The notes beneath the pieces are model-generated. The model did not search any database. It had not been told where the DNA came from and saw only the letters and a program-made list of their open reading frames with translations. Shown one piece after another: positions 28,652 to 39,122 of a DNA stretch of 52,436 nucleotides. A program made the position numbers and the translations under genes. Position 1 is the stretch's first letter. Every line of letters starts with the position of its first letter. Source of the stretch: a virus (lineage: Duplodnaviria > Caudoviricetes); IMG/VR virus record IMGVR_UViG_3300025168_010295, positions 1 through 52,436 of that record, one strand, 5' to 3'.

Positions 28652-29467
28652 ATGGGAGTAGTAACGGCAATAGCAGCAGGTGTTTCCGCGATAGGCGGAG
28701 CAGTTGCGTCTAATCAAGCAAAGCAAGCCGCTAAAGGAGCGAGGAATGATAAAGCTAGAGCTGAAGCTGAGCTTAGATCTTTAAAAAACTCTAGGCAAGA
28801 CGTGATAAATCCTTATTCTTCTACAAAAGATTTAAGTGAACTTGCTAGAGATTTATCAGGTCAACTAACAAATCCTTTTGCACAGTTAGGTGTAGCAACG
28901 CAAGCAGCTGAAATACAGATGGAACAAACTGATATTGCTCTTGCTAATACTTTAGACACACTTATGGCTACTGGTGCTAGCGCAGGTGGAGCAACAGCTC
29001 TTGCTCAAGCAGCGTTGCAGTCTAAGAAAAATATTGCAGCTAACATAGAACAACAAGAAGCTCAAAACGAAAAACTACGAGCACAAGGTGAACAAGCTTT
29101 ACAAGCTCAAAAAATATCTGAGCAACAAAGACTTCAGTCTATTGCTATATCAGAAGGGCAACGAATTCAAGCCGCGGATGCTGCTGGCCAACAGTTTGAG
29201 TTTCAAACACAAGAAAATAGAATTAATGCAGATCTTGACAGAGCTGCAGGTACGCAAGCACAAGCACAAGCTAATCAAGCTTCTGCAAACCAAGCGCAAG
29301 CGTCTGCACTAACAGGTGCTGTTGGTGGTATTACAGGTATGTTAGGCACGGCTGTTGGTGGCGGGGCTTTTAATAGGTCTGCTCCAAGTGCTGTAAATCC
29401 AAATTCTGATAAATTAGCAGGCCTTATAACTGGGGCTATTAATCCTCTTTATGGAATAAAATTTTAA
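28652..29467 (+). CDS. DNA ejection/pilot-like internal virion protein
   Basis: Ala/Gln/Gly-rich with hydrophobic Gly-Ala termini and a coiled coil. Confidence 0.65.
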   Translation: MGVVTAIAAGVSAIGGAVASNQAKQAAKGARNDKARAEAELRSLKNSRQDVINPYSSTKDLSELARDLSGQLTNPFAQLGVATQAAEIQMEQTDIALANTLDTLMATGASAGGATALAQAALQSKKNIAANIEQQEAQNEKLRAQGEQALQAQKISEQQRLQSIAISEGQRIQAADAAGQQFEFQTQENRINADLDRAAGTQAQAQANQASANQAQASALTGAVGGITGMLGTAVGGGAFNRSAPSAVNPNSDKLAGLITGAINPLYGIKF

Positions 29468-29473
29468 TTAATA

Positions 29474-31087
29474 ATGAGTTATAGAAATCCACAGATAATC
29501 GTTGATCGATCAGCAGAAATATACGCGGGTCTTGCTAATGCAGGAACTAATTTTTTTAATTCTTATATGAAAGCTAGCAATGCTGTTAAAGATGCTACTG
29601 CTAAACGAAACGCAGGTATGCTTAAGGCTATTAACAAGTCTACAGAAAAGTATGAAAACAGAATTGAAAAAGGAATTGACGCGAATAAAATAGATGACCC
29701 TACTTTAATAGAGCAAGTACAAGCTGCAGCTGAAAAAATGTTAAATGGTTCTGACGGAAAAATAGGTGTTATTAGAAAAGATGCTATGCTAAACATGGGG
29801 TTAGTAAATGATCCGGCTCTTAGTAAACAATATAGAAAAGATATTAGAGAATATAAAGCTTGGCAATCAAGAGCTATACAAAACGCTGGTGGCTATGAAG
29901 CTCAAGTGGAAGATTACGATGCTCAAGTAAATTCGTCTACGCTTGGAACTACAAAGCAAATAGCTGGTCAAGGTACAGAAAGATTTATAAACCTTACAGC
30001 GCTTCAAACTTTAAGACAAAGAGAAATTGAAGGTGTTGATGTGTCAAGAACAGTTACAAAAGATGGTGATATAATTATATCGGGTAAGATGGATATGGAT
30101 AGCGCTGCTTTTAAACAATATTTAGATGATGAACTTATAGAAGTAGATAAAAATACAGGTGAAATAAAAGGTTTAAATATTGATGTAAAAAATGGTACTG
30201 CTTCTTTTGAGTGGAGAAGCAATGCTAAAAATCCAGTTAAAAATTTACTTATAGATTTAATACCTACGTTTGATCAATCTAAAGCTTCTATTGCAGCTGG
30301 TATAGAAAATAAAGATGGTAAAGTAACAGAGTCTCTATACGTAGGAGGAGAAAAAGGAAGAAAAACTCAAACAATTTCAGCTGGAAAAGGTCGTGTGTAT
30401 GATGAAACAAAAATATATATTAATACTGATGTAGTAAAAGATAATGATGTTTTTAACAAACAAGCTACAGCTTTTGCAGAAGGCGTTAGAACATCGTCTA
30501 AAGATCAACAAATAGATATACTTAATAGAATTGGTGTACCTCTTGAAGATCAAGAAAAGTATTTAAATGATCCCGCTTCTCAAGCTGACATAATTACAGA
30601 AGCATTAATTAATGATAACATAAAAAGACTTACTGGTTCACCTGATGTTAAAAAAGATGGTGATAAATTTTATATAACTGAATACAGCAAAGATAGAGCT
30701 AAACCTAAACCAGGAGCTACAGAAATAAAAGATGCTAAAGATTTAAAAGACGCTAAAACAAGATTAGATATTGTAGATACTCTTCTTGAAGTAGAAGACG
30801 CTATACCTGTGTTACCAGATGTTTTTCCAACAAGTTGGTTTAATTCTAATGAAGGTGAAGTAGCAAAACAAAGTATAATTGATATTGTAGAAAGAAGCGG
30901 TGGAAATATTATTGGAGACGTGATAGACGATGGCTCACGAGGTTTCAAAATCAAAGTAGACTACGACGGTAGAAAAAGAACTTTGTCAACAAATGATTTT
31001 AGAAATAAAAATATATTAAAATCTAGACTTAAAGACGCTATAGGAGCAGGTGTTGAAAACATTTATGATGATATTAATATTGATTAA
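29474..31087 (+). CDS. Internal virion (ejection) protein
   Basis: 537 aa between the pilot-like gene and the giant gene; assignment is positional. Confidence 0.6.
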   Translation: MSYRNPQIIVDRSAEIYAGLANAGTNFFNSYMKASNAVKDATAKRNAGMLKAINKSTEKYENRIEKGIDANKIDDPTLIEQVQAAAEKMLNGSDGKIGVIRKDAMLNMGLVNDPALSKQYRKDIREYKAWQSRAIQNAGGYEAQVEDYDAQVNSSTLGTTKQIAGQGTERFINLTALQTLRQREIEGVDVSRTVTKDGDIIISGKMDMDSAAFKQYLDDELIEVDKNTGEIKGLNIDVKNGTASFEWRSNAKNPVKNLLIDLIPTFDQSKASIAAGIENKDGKVTESLYVGGEKGRKTQTISAGKGRVYDETKIYINTDVVKDNDVFNKQATAFAEGVRTSSKDQQIDILNRIGVPLEDQEKYLNDPASQADIITEALINDNIKRLTGSPDVKKDGDKFYITEYSKDRAKPKPGATEIKDAKDLKDAKTRLDIVDTLLEVEDAIPVLPDVFPTSWFNSNEGEVAKQSIIDIVERSGGNIIGDVIDDGSRGFKIKVDYDGRKRTLSTNDFRNKNILKSRLKDAIGAGVENIYDDINID

Positions 31088-31098
31088 AATTAAATATA

Positions 31099-34000
31099 AT
31101 GGCTAGAAATAAAGAGCAAGTTGATCAATTAAAAAAATTAGTAGATCAATTAAGATCTGAAAATTTATCTACAGACGAAATACAAGCTAAGGTTGATGAA
31201 CAAAAAGCTTTGTTTGATGCTGAGCAAACAACTACTGTAGAAGTTACAGACGAAATACAAACTGACTCTACAGAGGGAAAGACAAACGATGTTGCAACAG
31301 TGGATGCGGCTGTGACATCGGAACCGGACACAGCATCCGAGAGTACGGAATCAGAGCCGGACGATATTTTATCGGGATTAGAAAAAATTAAAGACGTACG
31401 TGAAATAGATAAACGTATTGATAAAATAACATCTACTAAAGCCACTAAGTTTTTTGAAGCAGGAGAAATAAGTCCTTTAGATTCTCCAAAACGGATAGCT
31501 CAATATAAAGAATTAATCAATAGAAGAAACAATATAATAGGTGACGCTTATAAACTAGGTCAAACTCAGACTTACCAGCAAAAAGACTTTGATCCTATGA
31601 GTGCTGCTGAAATACAAACTGAAAGAGAGGGAGCTCCAGAAGGAGGAGTTAAACTAGCTTACGTTCCTTTTACTGTAGACGGTGAAGTTGTCGGTACTAC
31701 TATGGAGCCAGTTGGATTACAAGAGGTAGTAGTAACAGCTGAACAATATAAAGAGCGTGAAAGACAAGTACAAAGTGAAGCTTATATTAATTTTCTAGAA
31801 CAATCTGGTTTATCAACAGAACCACTATCTCGAGAAAAGTTTGAAGCTGAAAAAGAAAAAGAAGGTAATATAACAGAAATAAAAACTATGCCTTATAGAG
31901 GTTTAGATTTACTTCAATCTTTTGAAAACATAGGAGCTTCTTTATCTGGGCTTCAACAAACAACACAAGAAAAAGAAGATTTTAAAAATCAATATGAAGA
32001 TTATCTTTCTTTAATGAAAGACGAAAAAGTTAGTTTAGAGCGAGAAGTTCCTGGACTTTTATCTAGCACTGGTGCTGTAATTTCCAATACGCTTTTACAA
32101 ATTGGAGGTACTGATGATAGAGCTCTTTTAAATTTAGCTTATCTTACAAATTCTATATCTTCTGATACTTATAGAAATATATTTGGTGTAAATCTTGGTG
32201 ATAAACTAAAAGAACAGGCTGTTAAAGGACTTGGTGTTATAGATACTAAAATAAATTATTTAAATTCATTAACAGGTGATGTTGCGCAGTTTACAGATAT
32301 ACCAGATGTTGAAGGTGTAAAAAAAGTAACTTCAGGTTTAGCCGCTACTTTAAATGCTGTATCTAGTTTTGGCGCTACAGTAGCTACAGCTATACCAACT
32401 AGTGGCTACTCTATATATAGCGATATGATTGCTAATAATATTAAATCTTATAATGATGCTAAAGCTCAAAGATTTGGTATTGACGTTGTTGAACTTGCTA
32501 AACGCGGAGAAACAGAAATTGTAATACCTGCTACGTTAGGAAGTATAGGTGCTCAATTAGAAAAACTTGGTATAAAAGGAGTTGGAAGAGCTATAAGTAA
32601 AATGTCTCCAGGCGCTATGCAAACTGTTTTTGCTTTATTTAATTCAGGTACAACAGAAAGCGTTACTGAATGGTCACAAAATCAACTTGAAACATACAAT
32701 GAAGCTTTAGGAAAAGGTCTTACAAATAGCGAGGCTATTGACCTTGTTGTTAAAGAAATGACTTCTAAACAAAGTATAGAAAGCGCTTTGCAAGGATTTG
32801 CTGGAGGTGGTGGTGCAATGCTTAGTTCTAGTTTAATAAAATCAGCTAGCAGTTTACGCACTCCTTCTGAAAACAAAAGAGTATCTAATCTTATAAACAA
32901 ACTAAACGAATTAGAAAATAGTAAGTATAGAAAAAATTTAAACGCTGATGATATTGCTCAAATAAACACAGCTCAAGAACAAATAAGAGTTGATCTAAGA
33001 GATATTGTATTAAGTAATAACGAATTAACAACAACTTTAACACCAGCACAAATTCAACAAGTAGATATAGCCTCTGATTATTTAACTTCTTCTACTAGTA
33101 GAATAAACGAAATAGAAGCTAGTGATAAATACAGCGAGCAAGACAAAGAAAATATTATAGCTAGTATAAATCAAAAAAGAAAAATAGCTAGCGATGTAAT
33201 ATATGATATACGTAACGAAGCAGAAAAATTAGAAGCACAAGTATTTACTATAAAAGATTTATCTAAGTTTGTTAAAGGTGTTAAAGTAGAGGAAGCTAAA
33301 GATGATGCTGAAGCTTTAAAATTTGTTGATGAAAATAATTTAGAAATAAAAGCTTCTACGGAGCAAGGCTATATACTACAAAATCCTGAAACAGGTGAGC
33401 AGACGATAGTTATAAATAAAGAGACCGCTCAAAACCAACAAGCTGTAAACGTAGCCGCTCATGAATTTTTACATGCTATATTATATTCTACAATAAAAAA
33501 TAATCCTAAGGCAGCTACAAATCTTGGTAAATCTCTAATGGCTGAGTTAAATAAAATAGACATAGACCAAATAGAAGATAGTGACTTTAAAAAACGTATG
33601 AAGCAATATGCTGAAAAACCTATTGACCAACAAATGGAAGAGGCTATTACGTTGTTTTCTGATGCTTTAGTTACAGGGGATATAAATTTTAAAGAAAATA
33701 TAGCTACTAGAATAGGTGATAGATTTCGTAGACTTGCTCAAAAGTTTGGTGTTAAAATAAAATTTAACAATGGTAGAGATGTATATAACTTTGTAAAAGA
33801 TTATAACAAAAGTATTGAAAAAGGTGAATTATCTATAGCTCAAGTACGGGCAGCCGCTGAAGGTGTTGAAGGTGAATTAGTTACACCAGCTGAACAACAA
33901 GCTGATGAGCAAATAATTAAAGAATCAAGATCTGAAGAAGCTTCTAATCGTGTTCAAGAAATATACGATGAGCAAGGTGAAGCTGGAACTTTTGAAATTA

Positions 34001-37000
34001 TAGAACAGTTTAAACCTATTACAAGTAGAATAGTAGAGCGTAGAAGTGAAGCGCCTAGCTTTGATCGTCAATTACTTACAGACGAAATAGAAACTGGTCG
34101 GCGTGGTATTATAGATCTTATTAAAGAATATAATCCAGAATCAGGTGTACCGCTAGCGGCTTATATAAATAAGTTTCTACCAGCTCGAGCAATTGAAGCA
34201 TCGAAAAGAGTTCTTGGTGAAGAGTTTACAGAAGATGTCACTGAAGTAAGAGGTGTTGCGGCTGAAGAAGTTGTGACTGAAACTGCTATTAAACCAGAGG
34301 CAAAAGCTATTGATCCGTTTAGGATTATGCCTAATGTAAGAGAAAATGCGGTAACAGAAGTACAAGAAAGCATTGCAGATAAAGACGTAGACGTTACTAC
34401 GGTTACATATAAGGAGCTTAAAGATGTTGCACCATACCAAACAGTGGCAGACTTTTTTAACATACCTGTAAGCAGAATAAAAAATCCTAAAGATAATTTG
34501 CGTAAGTCAGATGACGTAGCAAATATACAGCGTTGGATATTAAAAAACGAACCTACATTAAAGAATTTATTTACTGAAGCTAACAGAGATGTAATTGAAG
34601 TAACTGAAGGTAATAGAGTTATACGTCAAGGTGGTGAACCCACTGCTATACCTAGAAATCTACTAAATAAGTTCTATACTAAAGGTGATCGTGTTGGTAA
34701 TAACTTTCAATGGAAACTTAAGCCTTACGATCGTACAGCTTTCTTAGAAGCTGTAGGTATTAAAGACGGTAAGGTTGATCCTAACTTTACACCACGTGCT
34801 GCAGAAGCTCAAACTATTAAAGGTATACTAGATATGTATACTAGAAACTTAGGCAACGTAGCTGCAAGAGATATTATAGAAGGTCGCGAAGATATTGCAC
34901 CCGCTGAAAGAGCTAGAGTACAAGCTGAGGTTGCCAAAGGCAAGCCAAGAATAATGCTTAGTCGATCACAAGAAAACGCTTTTATATATTCACCGACATC
35001 TGAAAATGATTTTGCTCAAGATATAAAAGGTTATTCTGAGATAGTAAAAGAAGCTCGTCAAACACCTATAAACATGCAAACTTTAGTTGGTGTAAACAAA
35101 TTTTTAAATAATTCTGTATCTTCAAGGTTAGTTAGTAAATTACCAAAAGAACTTTGGTTAAGTCTTACGGGTTCAACTGAAAGTGCTTTAACAGAACAAA
35201 CAAAAAAAGAATTAAAAGATCTTGGTATACAAGGTAAACCTTTTACAGTAGGTGAAACTACTTTAAGAAAATTGACTGGTAATTTTCCTTTTTTAAATAA
35301 AGGTGAAGCGGAAGCTTGGATAGCTAAGCAAGAAGCTAATGGAATAATTTTTCCAGAAGCTAGTAATAATATAAAAGCTTTATATAAAAGATTTAATTAT
35401 AAAGCTAAAAAAAATAATTTAGAAAAATTACTAAAAGATCCTAAATTTATTGCTGAACAAAATGCTTCTCTTGAAGGTTTAAAAGAAATATGGTTAATTA
35501 TTCAAAAAGAAATTTCAAAAAATCCTACAGTTATTATACCACTTGCAGCTGCTATATTTTCATCAACTAGCGCTTATCAAGGTACTACAATGCGCGTGGC
35601 AGCTCCTGTTAGGTTTTTTGAAAAAGGTTATAGAGATAATCCATTTGTAGAAGAACACACGTTACCAGCTAGTAGTTTAGCTAAAAAATTATTAGTTGAA
35701 GCTATTAATGGCAATATAAACAAAGTATGGCCTGATGTAACTAGAAATTTTCAACAAGGTGCTTTACTAGAAACTTCTGATAAAAAATTAAAAGGATATG
35801 GACCTGGAGAGTTTAGGTTTGATTATACTTCTGTAACTCCAGATGGGTGGAGAATAACAGATAATGTTTGGGCCAGATACTTTAATACAAATGTTGCTGA
35901 AAACCGTTTTGGTATAGATACAAACAATATAATAACAGAAGCTGGTTTAAGTATATTTGATTTGTACGGTGTAAATGCTTCTGGAAATATAGTATCAAAC
36001 GTTTTTAATTTAACACAACAAAAAGCAGCTCAAGTAAATAACAATAAAGTTCCTAAAAACTTTAGGGTTATGGCTAGCAAGTCTATGCCAAATGTTTTAG
36101 AAAACATGTCTAATCTAGACGCTGACGCTAAGCAAGCTAATAAAGAGTTTTACGATAGTGTTGATCTTAATAAAGAGTTTAACGATATACTAGAAGTTAA
36201 AACAGGTATTGCATCTGAGAAAAGATACAAGCGTGTTAAAGCAGAAGTAGTTGGAGCTAACAAAGGTAGGTTCCAGTTTTTTATACCTCCGTCAGCTGAA
36301 GACTTTACAGGTTTGTTATACTCAACACTTACTAAAGGTAAACTTGGTGATGCTCAAATGGCTTGGTACAAAAAAAACTTGCTAGATCCGTATGGTAAAG
36401 CAATGAACGAATTATCATCAGCTCGTATAGCTATGATGAACGATTATAAAGCTTTGAAAAAAGAGCTTAAGCTTGTACCAAAAGATTTACGTAAGAAAGT
36501 TCCAGGCGAACCGTTTACTCAAGAGCAAGCTGTAAGAGTTTATATATGGCAGAAGCAAGGTATGTCTGTTCCAGGTATAAGTGAAACTGATATGCAAGAC
36601 TTATCTGATTTTGTAGAAGGTAAAGAAGATTTAAAAACTTTTGCAGATCAACTAATGTATATACAAAAAGGTGATCAATACGCTGGACCTAAAGAAGGTT
36701 GGCCAGCTGGTACGATTACAACTGATATGCTTGAAGGTCTTAACACTATTAAGCGAGCTAAAGCTTTAGAACAATGGCAGACTAATGCAGATGAAATATT
36801 CAGCGAAGAAAATCTAAACAAACTAGAAGCCGCGTATGGTAAACCATATCGCTTAGCTATGGAGAATATGCTACAGCGTATGAAGTCTGGTCGTAACAGA
36901 AACTTCCAAGGCGATACGCTTACAGGTAGATTTACTGACTGGGTTACAGGTAGTATTGGTACTATAATGTTCTTCAACACAAGATCAGCATTGCTACAAA

Positions 37001-38172
37001 CTATATCTAGTATTAACTTTGTTAACTTCACTGATAACAATATACTAGCTGCAGGTAAAGCTTTTGCAAACCAGAAACAATTTTGGTCTGACTTTATGAC
37101 GCTTATGAACTCTGACTTCTTAAAAGAACGTCGTGGTGGTTTACGTATCAACGTAAGTGAAGCTGATATTGCAGACATGGCTAAAAAAGGTGGAGCTAAA
37201 GGTGTTATAAATAAACTACTTGAGTTTGGTTTTACGCCTACACAAATAGCAGATAGCTTTGCTATAGCATCAGGTGGCTCAGCGTTTTATCGTAATCGTA
37301 TTAAGACTTATAAAAAACAAGGTATGACAGATGCTGAAGCTGAAGCTCAAGCGTTTGTAGACTTTAGAGAGACAGCGGAAGAGTCTCAGCAGTCGTCAAG
37401 ACCTGATAGAATATCTATGCAACAAGCAGGTCCATTAGGACGTCTTGTATTAGCTTTTGCTAACACACCAGCTCAGTATGCTAGACTTATAAAGAAAGCG
37501 GCTAGCGATCTTAAGAATGGTCGAGGTGATGCTAAGACTAATATAAGTAAGATTATATACTACGGTGTAGCACAGAACTTATTGTTTAACGCGCTGCAAC
37601 AAGCTTTGTTTGCGTTTGCATTTGATGATGACGAAGAAGATACAGAAGAGCAGCAGAAAAAATATGTTGGTATAGCCAACGGTATGATGGATTCATTGCT
37701 AAGAGGTATGGGAATTGGCGGTGCTGTAGTTTCAGTAGGTAAAAACTCTATCATACGTATTATAAACGAGATGGAAAAGAAACAGCCTAAGCTTGAAAAA
37801 GTAGGTTATGAAATTACTAAACTATCTCCACCTATATCTGCTAAGCTATCACGTATAAATCAAGCTGCAAGATCTTATCAATGGGATAAAAAAGATATGA
37901 TGGAAAAAGGTTGGAGCTTAGATAACCCAGCTTACTTAGCAAGCGCTAATGTTATAGCAGCGCTTACCAACATACCACTTGACAGAGCTGTAAAGAAAAC
38001 TAACAACGTAGTACAAGCTACCTCACAAGATCTAGAAACTTGGGAACGCTTAGCTTTACTAGGTGGTTGGCAAGACTGGGAAATCGGTATTGACGAAGAA
38101 AAACCTAGTAACAAACCACAGCCTAGAAAAACAAAATCAAGAACTAAAAAACGTAAAACTAGAAAAAGATAA
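31099..38172 (+). CDS. Giant (2357 aa) internal virion/polyvalent protein with zincin motif, sigma-70-like module and EHxxP nuclease-like motif
   Basis: Last of three ejection-type genes; HEFLH at aa 788, sigma region-2-like at aa ~965-1037, HTH at ~1113, EHTLP at ~1519. Confidence 0.8.
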   Translation: MARNKEQVDQLKKLVDQLRSENLSTDEIQAKVDEQKALFDAEQTTTVEVTDEIQTDSTEGKTNDVATVDAAVTSEPDTASESTESEPDDILSGLEKIKDVREIDKRIDKITSTKATKFFEAGEISPLDSPKRIAQYKELINRRNNIIGDAYKLGQTQTYQQKDFDPMSAAEIQTEREGAPEGGVKLAYVPFTVDGEVVGTTMEPVGLQEVVVTAEQYKERERQVQSEAYINFLEQSGLSTEPLSREKFEAEKEKEGNITEIKTMPYRGLDLLQSFENIGASLSGLQQTTQEKEDFKNQYEDYLSLMKDEKVSLEREVPGLLSSTGAVISNTLLQIGGTDDRALLNLAYLTNSISSDTYRNIFGVNLGDKLKEQAVKGLGVIDTKINYLNSLTGDVAQFTDIPDVEGVKKVTSGLAATLNAVSSFGATVATAIPTSGYSIYSDMIANNIKSYNDAKAQRFGIDVVELAKRGETEIVIPATLGSIGAQLEKLGIKGVGRAISKMSPGAMQTVFALFNSGTTESVTEWSQNQLETYNEALGKGLTNSEAIDLVVKEMTSKQSIESALQGFAGGGGAMLSSSLIKSASSLRTPSENKRVSNLINKLNELENSKYRKNLNADDIAQINTAQEQIRVDLRDIVLSNNELTTTLTPAQIQQVDIASDYLTSSTSRINEIEASDKYSEQDKENIIASINQKRKIASDVIYDIRNEAEKLEAQVFTIKDLSKFVKGVKVEEAKDDAEALKFVDENNLEIKASTEQGYILQNPETGEQTIVINKETAQNQQAVNVAAHEFLHAILYSTIKNNPKAATNLGKSLMAELNKIDIDQIEDSDFKKRMKQYAEKPIDQQMEEAITLFSDALVTGDINFKENIATRIGDRFRRLAQKFGVKIKFNNGRDVYNFVKDYNKSIEKGELSIAQVRAAAEGVEGELVTPAEQQADEQIIKESRSEEASNRVQEIYDEQGEAGTFEIIEQFKPITSRIVERRSEAPSFDRQLLTDEIETGRRGIIDLIKEYNPESGVPLAAYINKFLPARAIEASKRVLGEEFTEDVTEVRGVAAEEVVTETAIKPEAKAIDPFRIMPNVRENAVTEVQESIADKDVDVTTVTYKELKDVAPYQTVADFFNIPVSRIKNPKDNLRKSDDVANIQRWILKNEPTLKNLFTEANRDVIEVTEGNRVIRQGGEPTAIPRNLLNKFYTKGDRVGNNFQWKLKPYDRTAFLEAVGIKDGKVDPNFTPRAAEAQTIKGILDMYTRNLGNVAARDIIEGREDIAPAERARVQAEVAKGKPRIMLSRSQENAFIYSPTSENDFAQDIKGYSEIVKEARQTPINMQTLVGVNKFLNNSVSSRLVSKLPKELWLSLTGSTESALTEQTKKELKDLGIQGKPFTVGETTLRKLTGNFPFLNKGEAEAWIAKQEANGIIFPEASNNIKALYKRFNYKAKKNNLEKLLKDPKFIAEQNASLEGLKEIWLIIQKEISKNPTVIIPLAAAIFSSTSAYQGTTMRVAAPVRFFEKGYRDNPFVEEHTLPASSLAKKLLVEAINGNINKVWPDVTRNFQQGALLETSDKKLKGYGPGEFRFDYTSVTPDGWRITDNVWARYFNTNVAENRFGIDTNNIITEAGLSIFDLYGVNASGNIVSNVFNLTQQKAAQVNNNKVPKNFRVMASKSMPNVLENMSNLDADAKQANKEFYDSVDLNKEFNDILEVKTGIASEKRYKRVKAEVVGANKGRFQFFIPPSAEDFTGLLYSTLTKGKLGDAQMAWYKKNLLDPYGKAMNELSSARIAMMNDYKALKKELKLVPKDLRKKVPGEPFTQEQAVRVYIWQKQGMSVPGISETDMQDLSDFVEGKEDLKTFADQLMYIQKGDQYAGPKEGWPAGTITTDMLEGLNTIKRAKALEQWQTNADEIFSEENLNKLEAAYGKPYRLAMENMLQRMKSGRNRNFQGDTLTGRFTDWVTGSIGTIMFFNTRSALLQTISSINFVNFTDNNILAAGKAFANQKQFWSDFMTLMNSDFLKERRGGLRINVSEADIADMAKKGGAKGVINKLLEFGFTPTQIADSFAIASGGSAFYRNRIKTYKKQGMTDAEAEAQAFVDFRETAEESQQSSRPDRISMQQAGPLGRLVLAFANTPAQYARLIKKAASDLKNGRGDAKTNISKIIYYGVAQNLLFNALQQALFAFAFDDDEEDTEEQQKKYVGIANGMMDSLLRGMGIGGAVVSVGKNSIIRIINEMEKKQPKLEKVGYEITKLSPPISAKLSRINQAARSYQWDKKDMMEKGWSLDNPAYLASANVIAALTNIPLDRAVKKTNNVVQATSQDLETWERLALLGGWQDWEIGIDEEKPSNKPQPRKTKSRTKKRKTRKR

Positions 38173-38174
38173 TT

Positions 38175-38333
38175 ATGGCAAAGTCACCATTGTACGGAAA
38201 GATAAGCGGACCTTGTAAGGCTGCAGCAAAAAAGAAATTTAAAGTATGGCCATCGGCGTACGCTTCAGGGTGGGGCGTTCGTTGTACCAAAGCTGGTGGA
38301 CCAAGTAAGTTTGGTAATAAGAAAAAGAAATAA
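38175..38333 (+). CDS. Small basic protein, WPSAYASG motif (not in ORF track)
   Basis: 52 aa MAKSPLYGKISGPCKAAAKKKFKVWPSAYASGWGVRCTKAGGPSKFGNKKKK. Confidence 0.75.
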   Translation: MAKSPLYGKISGPCKAAAKKKFKVWPSAYASGWGVRCTKAGGPSKFGNKKKK

Positions 38334-38335
38334 TT

Positions 38336-38461
38336 ATGGATAAGAATTTAAAATCAGTGGTTGCTGAATTAAAAAAAGCATCACGCATGCACGCTGCTCA
38401 AGCTAAGAAAATTGAAGGGCATATTAAAGCTATGAATCAAATGAGTAAGAAAAAGAAGTAA
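38336..38461 (+). CDS. Small basic helical protein (not in ORF track)
   Basis: 41 aa MDKNLKSVVAELKKASRMHAAQAKKIEGHIKAMNQMSKKKK; TAATG-coupled to the next gene. Confidence 0.7.
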   Translation: MDKNLKSVVAELKKASRMHAAQAKKIEGHIKAMNQMSKKKK

Positions 38462-38646
38462 TGGCTAAGGCTTATAGAGGTGTTTTAAAAGCTCGTATAA
38501 ATAAATTATACGGAGGCGACGTTACTTGTAGCAAAGTTAAGAAATTAAAATCTCGTGATGATGCTACAAAAAGAGACACTCAATTAGCTAATTGGTTTAT
38601 AAACATGCAAGACTGTAATGGCAGATCCAAAAAAAGGAACAGGTAA
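38461..38646 (+). CDS. Small basic protein
   Basis: 61 aa Lys/Arg-rich, two Cys. Confidence 0.7.
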   Translation: MAKAYRGVLKARINKLYGGDVTCSKVKKLKSRDDATKRDTQLANWFINMQDCNGRSKKRNR

Positions 38647-38905
38647 AAAACCTAAAGGTTCATCACGTAGATTATATACAGACGAAAATCCTAAAGATAC
38701 TGTCAAAATAAAATTTGCTACAGAATCAGATGCTAGAGCTACGTGTAGTAAGGTTATGAATATAAAAAAACCTTTTGCTAGAAAAATACAGATACTAACC
38801 GTAATGGAGCAGCGCTCTAGATTTGGTAAAAAACCTAAGCAAGCAGCGATAGCTAAAGCTTGCAAAAATAAAGTAAGAAAAAAACATGGCAAAGAAAAGA
38901 CTTGA
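38618..38905 (+). CDS. Small basic protein
   Basis: GTGKKPKGSSRRLYTDENPKDTV motif; Lys-rich. Confidence 0.75.
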   Translation: MADPKKGTGKKPKGSSRRLYTDENPKDTVKIKFATESDARATCSKVMNIKKPFARKIQILTVMEQRSRFGKKPKQAAIAKACKNKVRKKHGKEKT

Positions 38906-39122
38906 ATGGAAAGACTCTGACGCACCAGATGCTGACGGTAAGTTTAGAGATTTAAACTGCGGTGACCTAGCTGACTGGTTAATTAAAAGCCGTAAAGGAA
39001 ATAAGAAAAAAATTGTTGGTAGTTTAAACCAACAAATTGCTTTTAACAAAAAGAAAAAACCTACGTATGCTAAAAAAATGGAGTGCGCTAGAAACAAAGC
39101 AATGAAAAAACTAGATAAATAA
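38886..39122 (+). CDS. Small basic protein
   Basis: 78 aa Lys-rich; overlaps both neighbours. Confidence 0.7.
   Translation: MAKKRLEWKDSDAPDADGKFRDLNCGDLADWLIKSRKGNKKKIVGSLNQQIAFNKKKKPTYAKKMECARNKAMKKLDK

Noticed and set aside
31099-38172. Virion RNA polymerase as in crAss-like phages
   Set aside because: No DxDxD catalytic motif was found by eye in the giant protein; a profile search is still needed to exclude a very divergent one.
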